From: Octopus sinensis
Taxonomy: Eukaryota
NCBI RefSeq assembly: GCF_006345805.1
Contig: NW_021836276.1
Span: 1-24,903, forward strand
Direction of reading: 5' to 3'
DNA length: 24,903 bases
Shown here: one piece after another, positions 10,665-21,619 of the stretch
How positions within the stretch are numbered: the stretch's first letter is position 1
Layout of the letters: each line of letters starts with the position of its first letter
Program-made: the position numbers and the translations under genes
The notes under the pieces: model-generated
Told to the model about the DNA's origin: nothing
Seen by the model: the letters and a program-made list of their open reading frames with translations, nothing else
The model's database searches: none

Positions 10665-11088
10665 TCTTTATTTTACTCTTTTACTCTTTTACTTGTTTCA
10701 CTCATTTGACTGCGGCCATGCTGGAGCACCGCCTTTACTCGAACAAATCGACCCCAGGACTTATGCTTTGTAAGCCTAGTACTTATTCCATCGGATCTCT
10801 TTTGCCGACCGCTAAGTTACGGGGATATTAACACACCAGCATCGGTTGTCAAGCTATGTTGGGAGGACAGAGAAAGACACACAAACACTCACACACACAC
10901 ACATACATACATATATACATATATACGACAGGCTTCTTTCAGTTTCCGTCTACCAAATCATCTCACAAGGCTTTAGTCGGCCCGAGGCTATAGCAGAAGA
11001 CACTTGCCCAAGGTGTCACGCAGTGAGATTGAACCCGGAACCATAAGGTTGTTAAGAAAGCTACTTACCACACAGCCACTCCTGCGCC
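10665..11088 (-). mobile_element. Full-length SINE family B
   Basis: Collinear with 8743-9128 over the tail, internal CA/TA tract, CORE-like region and tRNA head. Confidence 0.93.
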
Positions 11089-11159
11089 TATAATTGTTTC
11101 ATAATTATTTTTATTAAATGAAATACCTAAAGTTATATTTGTTATTCAACAGCACCGTA

Positions 11160-11970
11160 ATTATTACCCTAGGAATCATTACCCTATTTATATTTCAATT
11201 CATTCATTTGAAATCTATCCAAATTAAATCCTAAATCCCAGCCGGATTCGAAGTCAAAATGTAAAGTTTCATGACTGAATACTAAAGATATTTTATCAGT
11301 CGATTCATGATTTCTACAAATCCATCCATGTCCTTTCCGTTCTCTGAGGAAACGAGAAATAATAACTGTAAACCGAATGTAACGAAAGCACAAGTCAGCT
11401 ACAGTATTTCATATTATAGAATTATAAAATGAATTTTAGTAATAATCTCTCTTTATTGATTCATATTATATGCCTCTTGTATGAATAAAATACTTACTCT
11501 ATCAGGTCTAGTCAGAAAACCAGACCTGATAGAGAAAAACTGGAGTAAGTTTTGAATTTAGCAGGCAAAATCACTTGGAATTCATTGAAATATTCCAGGC
11601 ACCAGACAAGAAAAAATTTGCCCAGTGTTATTTATTTTAATATTCAACAGCTCGCTAATCACTATCCTAAGACTTATTACCCTCTATTTTCATCTATATC
11701 TTTATTTTAAATCTGTCTATCTACATTAAATCCTAAATCACAGCAAAATTCGAAATCAGAACGTTAATTTCAAGACAGAGTAGAAGGATGTTGATCAGTC
11801 GATTCATGATTTCTACAAATCCATTTCCTCCTTTCCATTCTTATTGGAAGTGGGAAATGAAATGGTAAACCGAATGTAATAAAAGCACAAGTCAGCTACA
11901 GTATTTTATATCATAGAATTATAAAAACAATTTCAGTAATTATCTCTCTTTTCATTCTTAATATTATTAA
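11160..11970. repeat. Diverged ~300-bp direct duplication (11160-11465 vs 11670-11970) with a central 13-bp hairpin
   Basis: Shared blocks ATTAAATCCTAAATC, ATCAGTCGATTCATGATTTCTACAAATCCAT, GTAAACCGAATGTAA, AAAGCACAAGTCAGCTACAGTATTT and ATAGAATTATAAAA. CTCTATCAGGTCT (11497-11509) pairs with AGACCTGATAGAG (11522-11534). Confidence 0.85.
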
Positions 11971-11979
11971 TTCACTTAC

Positions 11980-13005
11980 CTTTAAGATTCTTGGCTGTTA
12001 CAGGGTTGTTAAGTAAACTTCACTTTTAGTTAAAAATCGACCAACCGGACGGGTCCCACTGGAATCAGTATCTTCTGCTTTTTCGTGTTGCTTATATTTC
12101 CGTTTCGATAAACAGGATTTTTTTTATTACTTCCACCTTTGCTAAGTCGGAGGGATTTTTTTTCAGTGAACAAGATATTTCAACAACCACTGGGTGGATT
12201 CAGAGATGTTTGACCTCGTGGCTGGCACGAACTGAGTGGATTCAGAGATGTTTGACCTGGTGGCTGGCACGAACTGGGTGGATTCAGAGATGTTTGAACT
12301 GGTGGCTGGCACGAACTGGGTGGATTCAGAGATGTTTGACCTGGTGGCTGGCACGAACTGGGTGGATTCAGAGATGTTTGACCTCGTGGCTGGCACGAAC
12401 TGGGTGGATTCAGAGATGTTTGACCTGGTGGCTGGCACGAACTGGGTGGATTCAGAGATGTTTGACCTGGTGGCTGGCACGAACTGAGTGGATTCAGAGA
12501 TGTTTGACCTCGTGGTTAGGCACGAACTGAGTGGATTCAGAGATGTTTGACCTCGTGGTTAGGCACGAACTGATTAGATTTTGAGATCGATCCTGTACCG
12601 GACAAGGATTCTGGATTATTTTCCCGTTTTTTTAATTTTTGAGAGCGGTCGGGTTCAATTTTAGTATTGTTTTTTGTGAGAGCAGCCAATTTTCTCCGGG
12701 CTAATTGTTGAGAGGAAGTTGGTGTTGCCTTCGCGGAGGTTTGCGTTCCCTGAGTGCTCTGGTTTATTTCTATTCTCTTCGTTCCGATAATTTAAGAATA
12801 AATTCAGTATTCTTCACAGTTGATTTCTTTTTCAATGGCTTCGAAAACACGATATTCTCTTAAAACACTTTCTCCAGATTTTTTTCACTCGTATAAAGAT
12901 TGGTGTGAAACTTGACTTTCTTTCCTTCTTAAGTAAATTATCAGATTTCCTCACAGTTTTGTTAGTTTTTCAATCAACGACTGCTTTCATCCATCGATCT
13001 TAGCA
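11980..13005 (-). pseudogene. Decayed coding-like exon, Ser/Thr/Lys-rich, containing a 14-aa repeat
   Basis: One frame runs LIEKLTKL*GNLIIYLRRKESQVSHQSLYE*KKSGESVLREYRVFEAIEKEINCEEY*IYS*IIGTKRIEINQSTQGTQTSAKATPTSSQQLARRKLAALTKNNTKIEPDRSQKLKKRENNPESLSGTGSISKSNQFVP, then the repeats, then SCLSKRKYKQHEKAEDTDSSGTRPVGRFLTKSEV. It ends at a consensus donor AAG|GTAAGT (11980/11979). The 5' boundary is uncertain. Confidence 0.5.
12189..12573 (-). repeat. Minisatellite of seven 42-bp units, two 43-bp units and a partial unit, encoding (VPATRSNISESTQF)n on the minus strand
   Basis: Units start at 12189, 12231, 12273, 12315, 12357, 12399 and 12441 (42 bp), then 12483 and 12526 (43 bp). The units are head-to-tail with no spacers. 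Confidence 0.96.
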
Positions 13006-13284
13006 TATAAACCGTCTGAAGTAAGTAGCTTGCATTTATGTGCTTACTGAACAATAGTATTTTATTTTAACTTCGCAATATATCGATAGCTTTGAATATT
13101 TAATTTTGCATTAGATACATTACGCTTAACGACCTCGAAAGAGGTGTGGTCAACGAGTACAAGAAAGGAGTTAAGCATTTTATGAAATAAAGCCTTGATT
13201 AGGATTGTAATTTGATTTTAAGTAAATATTGATAATGTTCCACGAGAAAAGCATGAATGTTACAAATTCCCCTTGTAATTAGCA

Positions 13285-13606
13285 AACTTCTTTACAATTG
13301 TTGTTTGTTCCTTTTCGAGCCATGCTTGGCTCATAAGGGCCGGTTTCCCGGTTTCTTTGGCGTATAGGTTCCCCACCTGGACGGGACGCCGATCCGTCGC
13401 AGGTGAGCTGCAAGATGAAGGAGGAAAGACTGAGAGAAAGTTGTGGCGAAAGAGTCAGAAGAGGTTCACCATTATCTTCTGCCCGAGTCGCGTAGAGCTT
13501 AGGTATTTCGCTCATAAACACATACATCGCCCGGCCTGAGATTTGAATCCGCGATCCCTAGACCGAGAGTCCGCTGCTCTAACCACTAGGCCATGTGCCC
13601 CCACAC
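13285..13606 (-). mobile_element. tRNA-derived SINE (family C) with V-domain-like segment
   Basis: Minus-strand head GTGGGGGCACATGGCCTAGTGGTTAGAGCAGCGGACTC...GGATTCAAATCTC (A and B boxes). The body contains CTGCGACGGATCGGCGTCCCGTCCAGGTGGGG (13367-13402), resembling the V-SINE domain. Confidence 0.8.
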
Positions 13607-14029
13607 TTATTTAATCTTCCCTTCTGTGTTTGTATTTGACCAAGATTACATTCACTGTTAATACCAGCTTTGCATTCGATCGATAAAGGAGCTAATGATA
13701 TCTTGAGGCTGGTTCGATTCTTGTTGATCTACTTTAGACATATTACTCGTAAGTAAGAACAGGAATAAATATCGCAGAATTAAAAATCTAAAACTATTTT
13801 GACCTGACGAATAAACAAGAAATAATTTGGGGTAGAATCAGCAGATTCAGAAAAGTGTATGTCATTTTAACGGAAAACGCACAGCTTGGAATCTGGGCAT
13901 GCTAATGTTGTTGTTGTTGTTGTTGTTGTATAACCACAGGTTTGATTTAGTAACCTTTTATAGCCCAGAAACTTCTGAGGGCGTGCAATAAGAACAACAT
14001 TATCCAAACGTGTTATTCTGAATAAAAAT

Positions 14030-14064
14030 AAGAATAATAATATAATAATAAATATATAATAATA

Positions 14065-14099
<35 letters not shown>

Positions 14100-14527
14100 T
14101 AATTATATATATATATATATATATATAACATACATATATATACATATATATATATACATGTATATATACATATCTATATATATACATGTATATACCTGTA
14201 TATTACATATTCATATATACATGTACATATATATAATAGCATATATATGCATATACATATATATCTATATACAATATATACATACATATTTATATAACTA
14301 TATATATATATGTATATGTATACACATAAGTATATATATGTAGATATATATATATGCATATAAGTATATATATGTATATATATATATATGTATATATACA
14401 TATGTATACGTACATATGTATACATATTTATATATTTATATATATGTATGTGTATATATATGTATGTATATATAGATATCTATGTGTGTATACATATGTA
14501 TATATATATATACATACATACATACAA

Positions 14528-14614
<87 letters not shown>
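14030..14614. repeat. Compound (TAA)n-(TA/CA)n-(CATA)n-(GATA)n microsatellite
   Basis: Directly visible; pure GATA at ~14527-14614. Confidence 0.96.
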
Positions 14615-14616
<2 letters not shown>

Positions 14617-14780
14617 CAGATATACGTCGGGTCCTTCCAGTTCCAAATCCACTTACAAGTTATGGGGCTTTGATCAACCCGAGGCTACAGAAGAAGGCCC
14701 TGTCGCAAGGTGTCACGCTGTGGGGCCGAACCCGGATCCATGTAATTAGGAAGTAACACACAGACACACCCACGCCTATA
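14615..14780 (-). mobile_element. 5' half of SINE family B (head and CORE-like region), degenerate
   Basis: CTTCCAGTTCCAAATCCACTTACAAG...CAAGGTGTCACGC...GAACCCGGATCCATGT...CACACAG matches 8965-9125. Confidence 0.8.
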
Positions 14781-15223
14781 TATATATATACACAGACATA
14801 CACACACGTGTACACAAACATATACACACACATCCTCATAAATGTTGTTTATCGATCAAAATGAGAAATACGTCATGGTAAGCTCACAAATAAAGTGAAT
14901 ATTAAGAATCGGGGGGAAAGCTCATTAATTTCAGAGAAGTAACAAGTCCAAGCAAGAAATATCCGAATAGTCATTGGAACTTTGTATATAAACTAATTAA
15001 TCCATTTTCAAGGAATAAATTGGAGATATTAATTAATAATATCCGGCTGCAGACTGCGTTAAACAAACTTGAGTCTAATCATTTATAGTTTCGGGTTTTA
15101 TTTGTTATAAGTAAGATTTTCTATCTTTCTAAAAATCATTACAGTATAATATTTTATGCGCTAAGCATGCCATTTATTCCGCTGTAAAATCAGTTATTTT
15201 AAGAATCGATTAGAAGATATTCT

Positions 15224-15530
15224 GGATCTTTTCGGTTTGAACGGCAGTTTTTTCTAGCGGGGTCATATGAAATTGTCACCCATAATTATGACCCTAGTAT
15301 CGATCTATTGCATTTCAATCCGTTTTTTACCTCAACAGACGTCATTGATCGGTTGAAATTGCAGAAATTGAAGAAAAACAACAACAAATGTCTTACAAAA
15401 AATAAAATTTTCTCAATAAAGGCAAGAGAAAAAGATGTTTTATAAACACATTCTACCAGAATATGAAGTTTAAAAGTTTTTAGTTACGTGGAAAGTATTT
15501 TAAAGAGTGCCTTTCAAACGGAAAAGATCC
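15224..15530. mobile_element. Non-autonomous DNA transposon (MITE), internally deleted copy
   Basis: TIRs GGATCTTTTCGGTTTGAACGGCA / TGCCTTTCAAACGGAAAAGATCC. Flanks GATATTCT (15216-15223) and GATATTCA (15531-15538) form an 8-bp TSD with one mismatch. Confidence 0.88.
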
Positions 15531-15614
15531 GATATTCACAATCAGGAACCACGATTATCATTTTATTGAATTTTGAATTAAAATCCCAAAGTTTATACAT
15601 TTTTTTCATCAGTG

Positions 15615-16030
15615 AATGTGAGTGGCTTAGGGGTCAGGATTTGCATTCACGATCCTCTGACCGTGCGATCGATTTCCAGACAGGATGGTGTATTGTATCC
15701 TTGGGCAAGGCACTGCATTTCACGTTGCCCCAGGGCTGTGAAGGGGACTGGCATATCAATGAATAGGCCCAAAGTTTCGTCTACGCTTTCTACACAGAGA
15801 TTAAAAGGGGGCGAGTTAGCATTTGCACTTTGATCCCGAAAAAACCCTCACTACCAACGACTACCCTACAAGAACCATGGGTTGGGGGTTGTTCGCCTAA
15901 TGATACAAGGCGTCGTCCGTCAGGGAAATCACTCAGAAATGTGGGTGCAGCGACCGCAGGGTGACACAGTATGTTCTCATATTACCTATCAAGTAAATGC
16001 AAGACAGCCACTTTCATGCACATAGGTACA
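15615..16030 (+). mobile_element. Degenerate tRNA-derived SINE-like element (family D)
   Basis: GAGTGGCTTAGGGTCAGG...GCGATCGATTTCC (decayed A and B boxes), then TCCTTGGGCAAGGCACT (CORE-like). Duplicated at 23735-24150. The 3' limit is uncertain. Confidence 0.5.
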
Positions 16031-16036
16031 TACACT

Positions 16037-16760
16037 TATGTATGTATGTATGTATGTATGTATGTATGTATGTATGTATGTATTTATGTGTGTATGTATG
16101 TATGTATGTATGTATGTGTGTATGTATGTATGTATGTATGTGTGAATGTATGTGTGTATGTATGTATTATGTATATGTACATATGTATGTATATGTATGT
16201 ATATGTCTGTGTGTATGTATGTATGTATATATATGTATGTATGTATATGTATGTATGTAGTTACGTATGTATGTATGTATATATGCATGTATGTATGTAT
16301 GTATTATGTATGTATGTGTGTATGTGTGTATGTATGTATGTATGTATCTTTGTATGCATGCATGTGTGTGTGTGTATGTATGTATGTATATATGTACGTA
16401 TGTATGAATGTATGTATATGTATATATGTATGTATGTGTGTGTATGTATGTATATATGTATGTATGTATGTGTATGTATGTATGTATGTATGTATGTATG
16501 TATTTATGTATGTATGTATGCATTTATGTATGCATGTATGTATGTTTGTATGTATGTATGTATGTGTGTTTGTATGTATGTATGTGTGTGTATGTATGCA
16601 TATATGTATGTATGTATGTACGTAGGTAGGTTTGTATGTATGTGTGTATGTATGTATGTATGTATCCATGCATTTATGTATGTATGTGTGTGTGCATGTA
16701 TGTATATATGTGTGTATGCATGTATATATGTATATATATATGTATGTATATATATGAATG

Positions 16761-16794
<34 letters not shown>

Positions 16795-17328
16795 AATATA
16801 TGTATGTATGTATATATATGTATGTATGTATATATATATTGTATGTATGTATGCAATATATATGTATCTATATATGTATGTATGTATATATATGATTGTA
16901 TGTATATATATGTATATATGTATGTATATATATGTATATATGTATGTCTGTATGTATATATATGTATGTATGTATGTAGTTATGCATGTATGTATGTATG
17001 TATATATGTATGTATTTAGATGTATGTATGTATGTATAAATATGTAAGTATGTATGTATGTATGTGTGTGTGTGTATGTACGTATGTATGTGTGTGTATG
17101 TAAGTATATATGCATGTATGTATGTACGTGTGTGCATGTATGTATATATGTATGTATGTATATATATGTATGTACGTATGTATGTATATATAAGTATGTA
17201 TGTATATATATATACATATACATATGTATATATGTATGTATATATATATGTATGTACGCATATGTACGTATGTATGTATGTATGTATATATATATATGTA
17301 TGTGTATATATGCATGCATGTATGTATG

Positions 17329-17389
<61 letters not shown>

Positions 17390-18005
17390 TGTGTCTGTGC
17401 GTATGTATGTATATATGTGCATGTATGTATATGTATGTATGTAGTTATGTATGTATGTAAGTATGTATGTGTGAATGTATGTGTGAATGTATGTATTTAT
17501 GTATGTATGTATGTATATATGCATGTATGTATGTATGTATGTATATATATATATATGCGTATGTATGTATATATATGTATGTTTGCATATATATATATAT
17601 ATGTATGTATGTATGTATATATATATATGTGTGTATGCATGTATGTATATATATATGTAAATATGTATATATATGTATGCATGTATGTATATATATGTAT
17701 GTATATGTATGTATGCATGTATATGTGTATGTATATATATACATATGTATGTATGTACGTATATATTTGTGTATGTATATATGTACGTATGTATGTATGT
17801 ATGTATGTATATATATATATATATATGTATGAAGGTCATTGTTCAGTTTTATTTCAAGATCTCTTGCCTATATGTATGTATGTATATATATGTATGTATA
17901 TATGTATGTTTGTATGTATGTATATATATGTATGTAAGTATCAATATATTTATATATGTATGTAAGTATGTATATATATATGTATATATATGTATGTATG
18001 TATGA
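16037..18005. repeat. Degenerate (TATG)n/(TA)n array, ~2 kb
   Basis: Directly visible; interrupted at 17834-17872 by an RLE 3'-end fragment. Confidence 0.97.
17834..17872 (-). mobile_element. Terminal ~40 bp of the RLE-type element embedded in the array
   Basis: GTCATTGTTCAGTTTTATTTCAAGATCTCTTGCCTATA is nearly identical to 18008-18045. Confidence 0.8.
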
Positions 18006-18007
18006 AT

Positions 18008-18263
18008 GTCATTGATCAGTTTTATTTCAAGATCTCTTGCCTATAGAGAAAGAGCCGGTTTCTAACCCTGATTCAAGACTCCTTCATTGGAATTTCAACA
18101 TCAAGGTATTTTTTTATGTATATGTGTAGATTTGTATGTTTTACTTTATGTACGTTCTCTCATGCATATTGTTGCATATGTAGACATGTTTATATATATA
18201 TATTTTTAAATGATAAACTTTTGGAAAGTTTTACAGATTTTTTTAATTTCTCAAGTTTGGTAT
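18008..18263 (-). mobile_element. RLE-type non-LTR element 3' end, 5'-truncated with an internal deletion
   Basis: Collinear with 21620-21935 and 24631-24903; lacks ~65 bp after GTTTTACAGATTTTT. Confidence 0.85.
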
Positions 18264-18267
18264 CTAG

Positions 18268-18545
18268 GCAACGTTTACTTTTAATCGAAGTACAATCCAA
18301 AGCGTGGCTTCATTTCAATAAGATATGGATTCTCTTCCTGTAATCGTTGACCACAGTTTATTTCGATGGCATGAAGTATAATTCATCTAGTGCATAATTA
18401 AAAATGTAAAGCTATCGATATATTGCCAAGTTAAAGTAAAATCATTTCTCTCACCATGCATACAAACGCAGTTGACTTGTTTCAAGCGGTTTATTAGCTA
18501 AGATCGATGGATAGAAACAGTTGCTGTTGATAACCTAACAAAGCT
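18268..18545 (+). other. Inverted paralog of 12955-13235 (start of the decayed exon and its upstream flank)
   Basis: Collinear blocks TCGTTGACCACA, TTTCGA, AAAGCTATCGATATATTGC.AAGTTAAA, CGGTTTAT..GCTAAGATCGATGGAT and CTAACAAA. Translations DRWIETVAVDNLTKL vs DRWMKAV(V)IEKLTKL (the latter needs a 1-nt shift). Confidence 0.82.
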
Positions 18546-19966
18546 ATGTGTGTATGTATGTATGTATATATGTATATATGTATGTATGTATATATGTATT
18601 ATGTATGTATGCATGTATGTATGTATGTATGCATGTATGTGTAAATGTATGAGTATGTATGTATGCATGTATTTATGTATGTATGTATGTATGTACATGT
18701 GTGTGTATGTATGTATGTATATATGCATGTATGTATGAACGTATGTATATGTATGTATGTATGTGTGTGTATGTATGTATGTATGTATGTATGTATGTAT
18801 GTATTTATGTATGTATGTATGTATGTATGTATGAATGTACGTATATATGTATGCATGTATGTATGTATGTATGTATGTACGTATGTATGTATGTATGTAT
18901 GTATGTATGTATGTATATATATGTATTATGTATGTATGTATGTATTTATGTATGTATGTATATATGTATGTATGAATGTACGTATATATGTATGCATGTA
19001 TGTATGTATGTATGTATGTATGTATGTATGTATGTATGATGTATGTATGTATGTATGTATATATGTATTATGTATGTATGTATGTATTTATGTATGTATG
19101 TATATATGTATGTATGAATGTACGTATATATGTATGCATGTATATATGTATGCATGTATGTATGTATGTGTGTACGTATGTGTGTATGTATGTATGTATA
19201 TATGTATGTACGTGTGTGTGCGTATGTATGTATGTATGTATGAATATAAGTATATGTATGTATGCATGTGGGTGTATGTATGTATGTATATATGTATATA
19301 TGTATGTATGTATATACGTATGTATGAATGCATGTATATATGTATGTATGTGTGTATTTATGTATGTATGCATGTATGTATGTATGTATGTATGTATTAT
19401 GTATGTATGTAAGTATGTATGTGTAAATGTATGTGTATGTATGTATATATGCATGTATGTATGAATGTATGTATATGTATGTATGTATGTATGTGTGTGT
19501 ATGTATGTATGTATGTATATATGTATTATGTATGTATGTACGTATATATGTATGCATGTATGTATGTAAGTATGTATGTGTGTGTGTATGTATGTATGTA
19601 TGTATATATGTGTGTGTGTATGTATGTATGTTTGTACGCATGTATGTATGTATGTATGTATGTATGTATGTATGTATGTATGTATGTATGTGTGTGCATG
19701 TATGTATATATGTATGTATGTATATATATGTATGCATGTATATATGTATGTATGTATGTGTGTATGCGTGTATATATATATGTATGTTTGTATATATATA
19801 TATGTATGTAAGTATGTATATATATGTATGTATGTATGCATATATATATATGTATGTATGTATGTATGTATATATATATATATATGTATGTATGTATATA
19901 TATATGTGTGTGTGTATGTATGTATATATATATGTATGTATGTATGTATGTGTGTATGTATGTATG

Positions 19967-20022
<56 letters not shown>

Positions 20023-21451
20023 ATGTATGTTCGTCTGTAGTTATGTATGTATGTATGTATTTCTGGATGTTGTATTTATGTATGTATGAATGTATGTATA
20101 TATGCATGTATATATGTATGTATGTATGAATGTATGTATATGTATGTATATGTATGTATCTATGTATGTGTGTATGTATGTTTGTATATATGTATATATG
20201 TATGTATGTGTGTATGTATGTATATCTATATGTATGTATGTAGTTAATTACGTATGTATGCATGTATGTATGTATGTATGTGTGTGTATGTATGTATGTA
20301 GGTAGGTATGTATGTGTGTGTGAATGTATGTATGCATGCATGTATGTATGTATGTATATATATTTATGTATGTATATATAGATGTGTATGTATGTATATA
20401 TATATATGTATCTATATATATATATATATATGTATGTATATGTATGTGTGTATGCATATATGTATATATGTATGTATATATGTATGTACATATATGTATG
20501 TATGTATATATATGTATGTATGTATATATATATATGTATGTATATGTCTGTGTGTATGTATGTATGTATGTATATATATGTATGTATATGTATGTATGTA
20601 TTTAGATATTTTTGTATGTATGTATGTATGTATTTATGTATGCATATATGTATGTATATATATGTATGTATGTATGTATGTATCTATGTATGTATGTATG
20701 TATATATATTTATGTATGTATGTATATATATATGTATGTATGTATATATATATATGTTATGTATATATATATATATATATGTATGTATATGTATGTGTGT
20801 ATGCATATATGTATATATGTATGTATGTATGTATGTACATATATGTATGTATGTATATATATGTATGTATGTATATATATATATGTATGTATATATCTGT
20901 GTGTGTGTATGTATGTATATATATGTATGTATATGTATGTATGTATTTAGATATTTTTGTACGTATGTATGTATGTATTTATGTATGTATATATATGTAT
21001 GTATGTATGTAAGTAAATATATTTATGTATGTATGTATATATATATGTATGTATGTATATATATCTATGTATGTATGTGTGTTTCTGTATGTATGTATAT
21101 ATGTATATATGTATGTATGTATGTATATATGTATGTATGTAGGTATATATGTACATATGTATGTATGTACGTATATATGTATGTATGTATGTATGTGTGT
21201 GTATGTATGTTTGTATGTAAGTATGTATATATGTATGTATATATATGTTTGTATGTATATGTATGTATGTATATATATGTATGTATGTATATATATGTAT
21301 TTATATATATGTATGTATGTATGTAACTATGTATGTATCTATGTATGTATGTATATATATATGTATGTATGAATTTATGTATATGTATGTATGTATTTAT
21401 GTGTGTTTATGTATGTATATATGTATATATGTATATATGTATGTATGTTTG

Positions 21452-21482
<31 letters not shown>

Positions 21483-21619
21483 ATGTGTATGTATGTATGC
21501 ATGTATGTACGTATGTATGTAAATATATATGTATGTATGTATTTATGTGTGTATGTATGTATTTATGGATGTATATGTATATATATATATGTATGTATGT
21601 ATGTATCTATGTATGTATG
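18546..21619. repeat. Degenerate (TATG)n array, ~3.1 kb, with internal higher-order duplications
   Basis: Directly visible; see the higher-order repeat finding. Confidence 0.97.

Larger units (their letters stand above)
14500..18263. repeat. Segmental duplication, copy 1 (partner 22480-24903, running off the window)
   Basis: Identical module order in both copies: GATA, SINE half, unique DNA, MITE at the same site, SINE D, TATG array, RLE 3' end. Long near-identical stretches include CATCCTCATAAATGTTGTTTATCGATCAAAATGAGAAATACGTCATGGTAAGCTCACAAATAAA. Confidence 0.93.

Noticed and set aside
12210-12530. Plus-strand ORFs of the minisatellite (WVDSEMFDLVAGTN and TWWLARTGWIQRCL)
   Set aside because: They are open only because the unit is a multiple of 3. 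A unit variant creates TGA in one, and neither extends into the flanks.
12189-12573. CRISPR array
   Set aside because: Units are head-to-tail with no unique spacers, there are no cas genes, and the context is eukaryotic.
13530-13606. tRNA gene (also the heads at 284, 4910, 9050-9128 and 11010-11088)
   Set aside because: A and B boxes are present, but each continues into a SINE body and I could not build a full cloverleaf.
13645-13748. Possible plus-strand micro-exon (CAAG|...|GTAAGT, reading LHSLLIPALHSIDKGANDILRLVRFLLIYFRHIT)
   Set aside because: Short, no recognisable homology and no partner exon; such splice-like pairs arise by chance.
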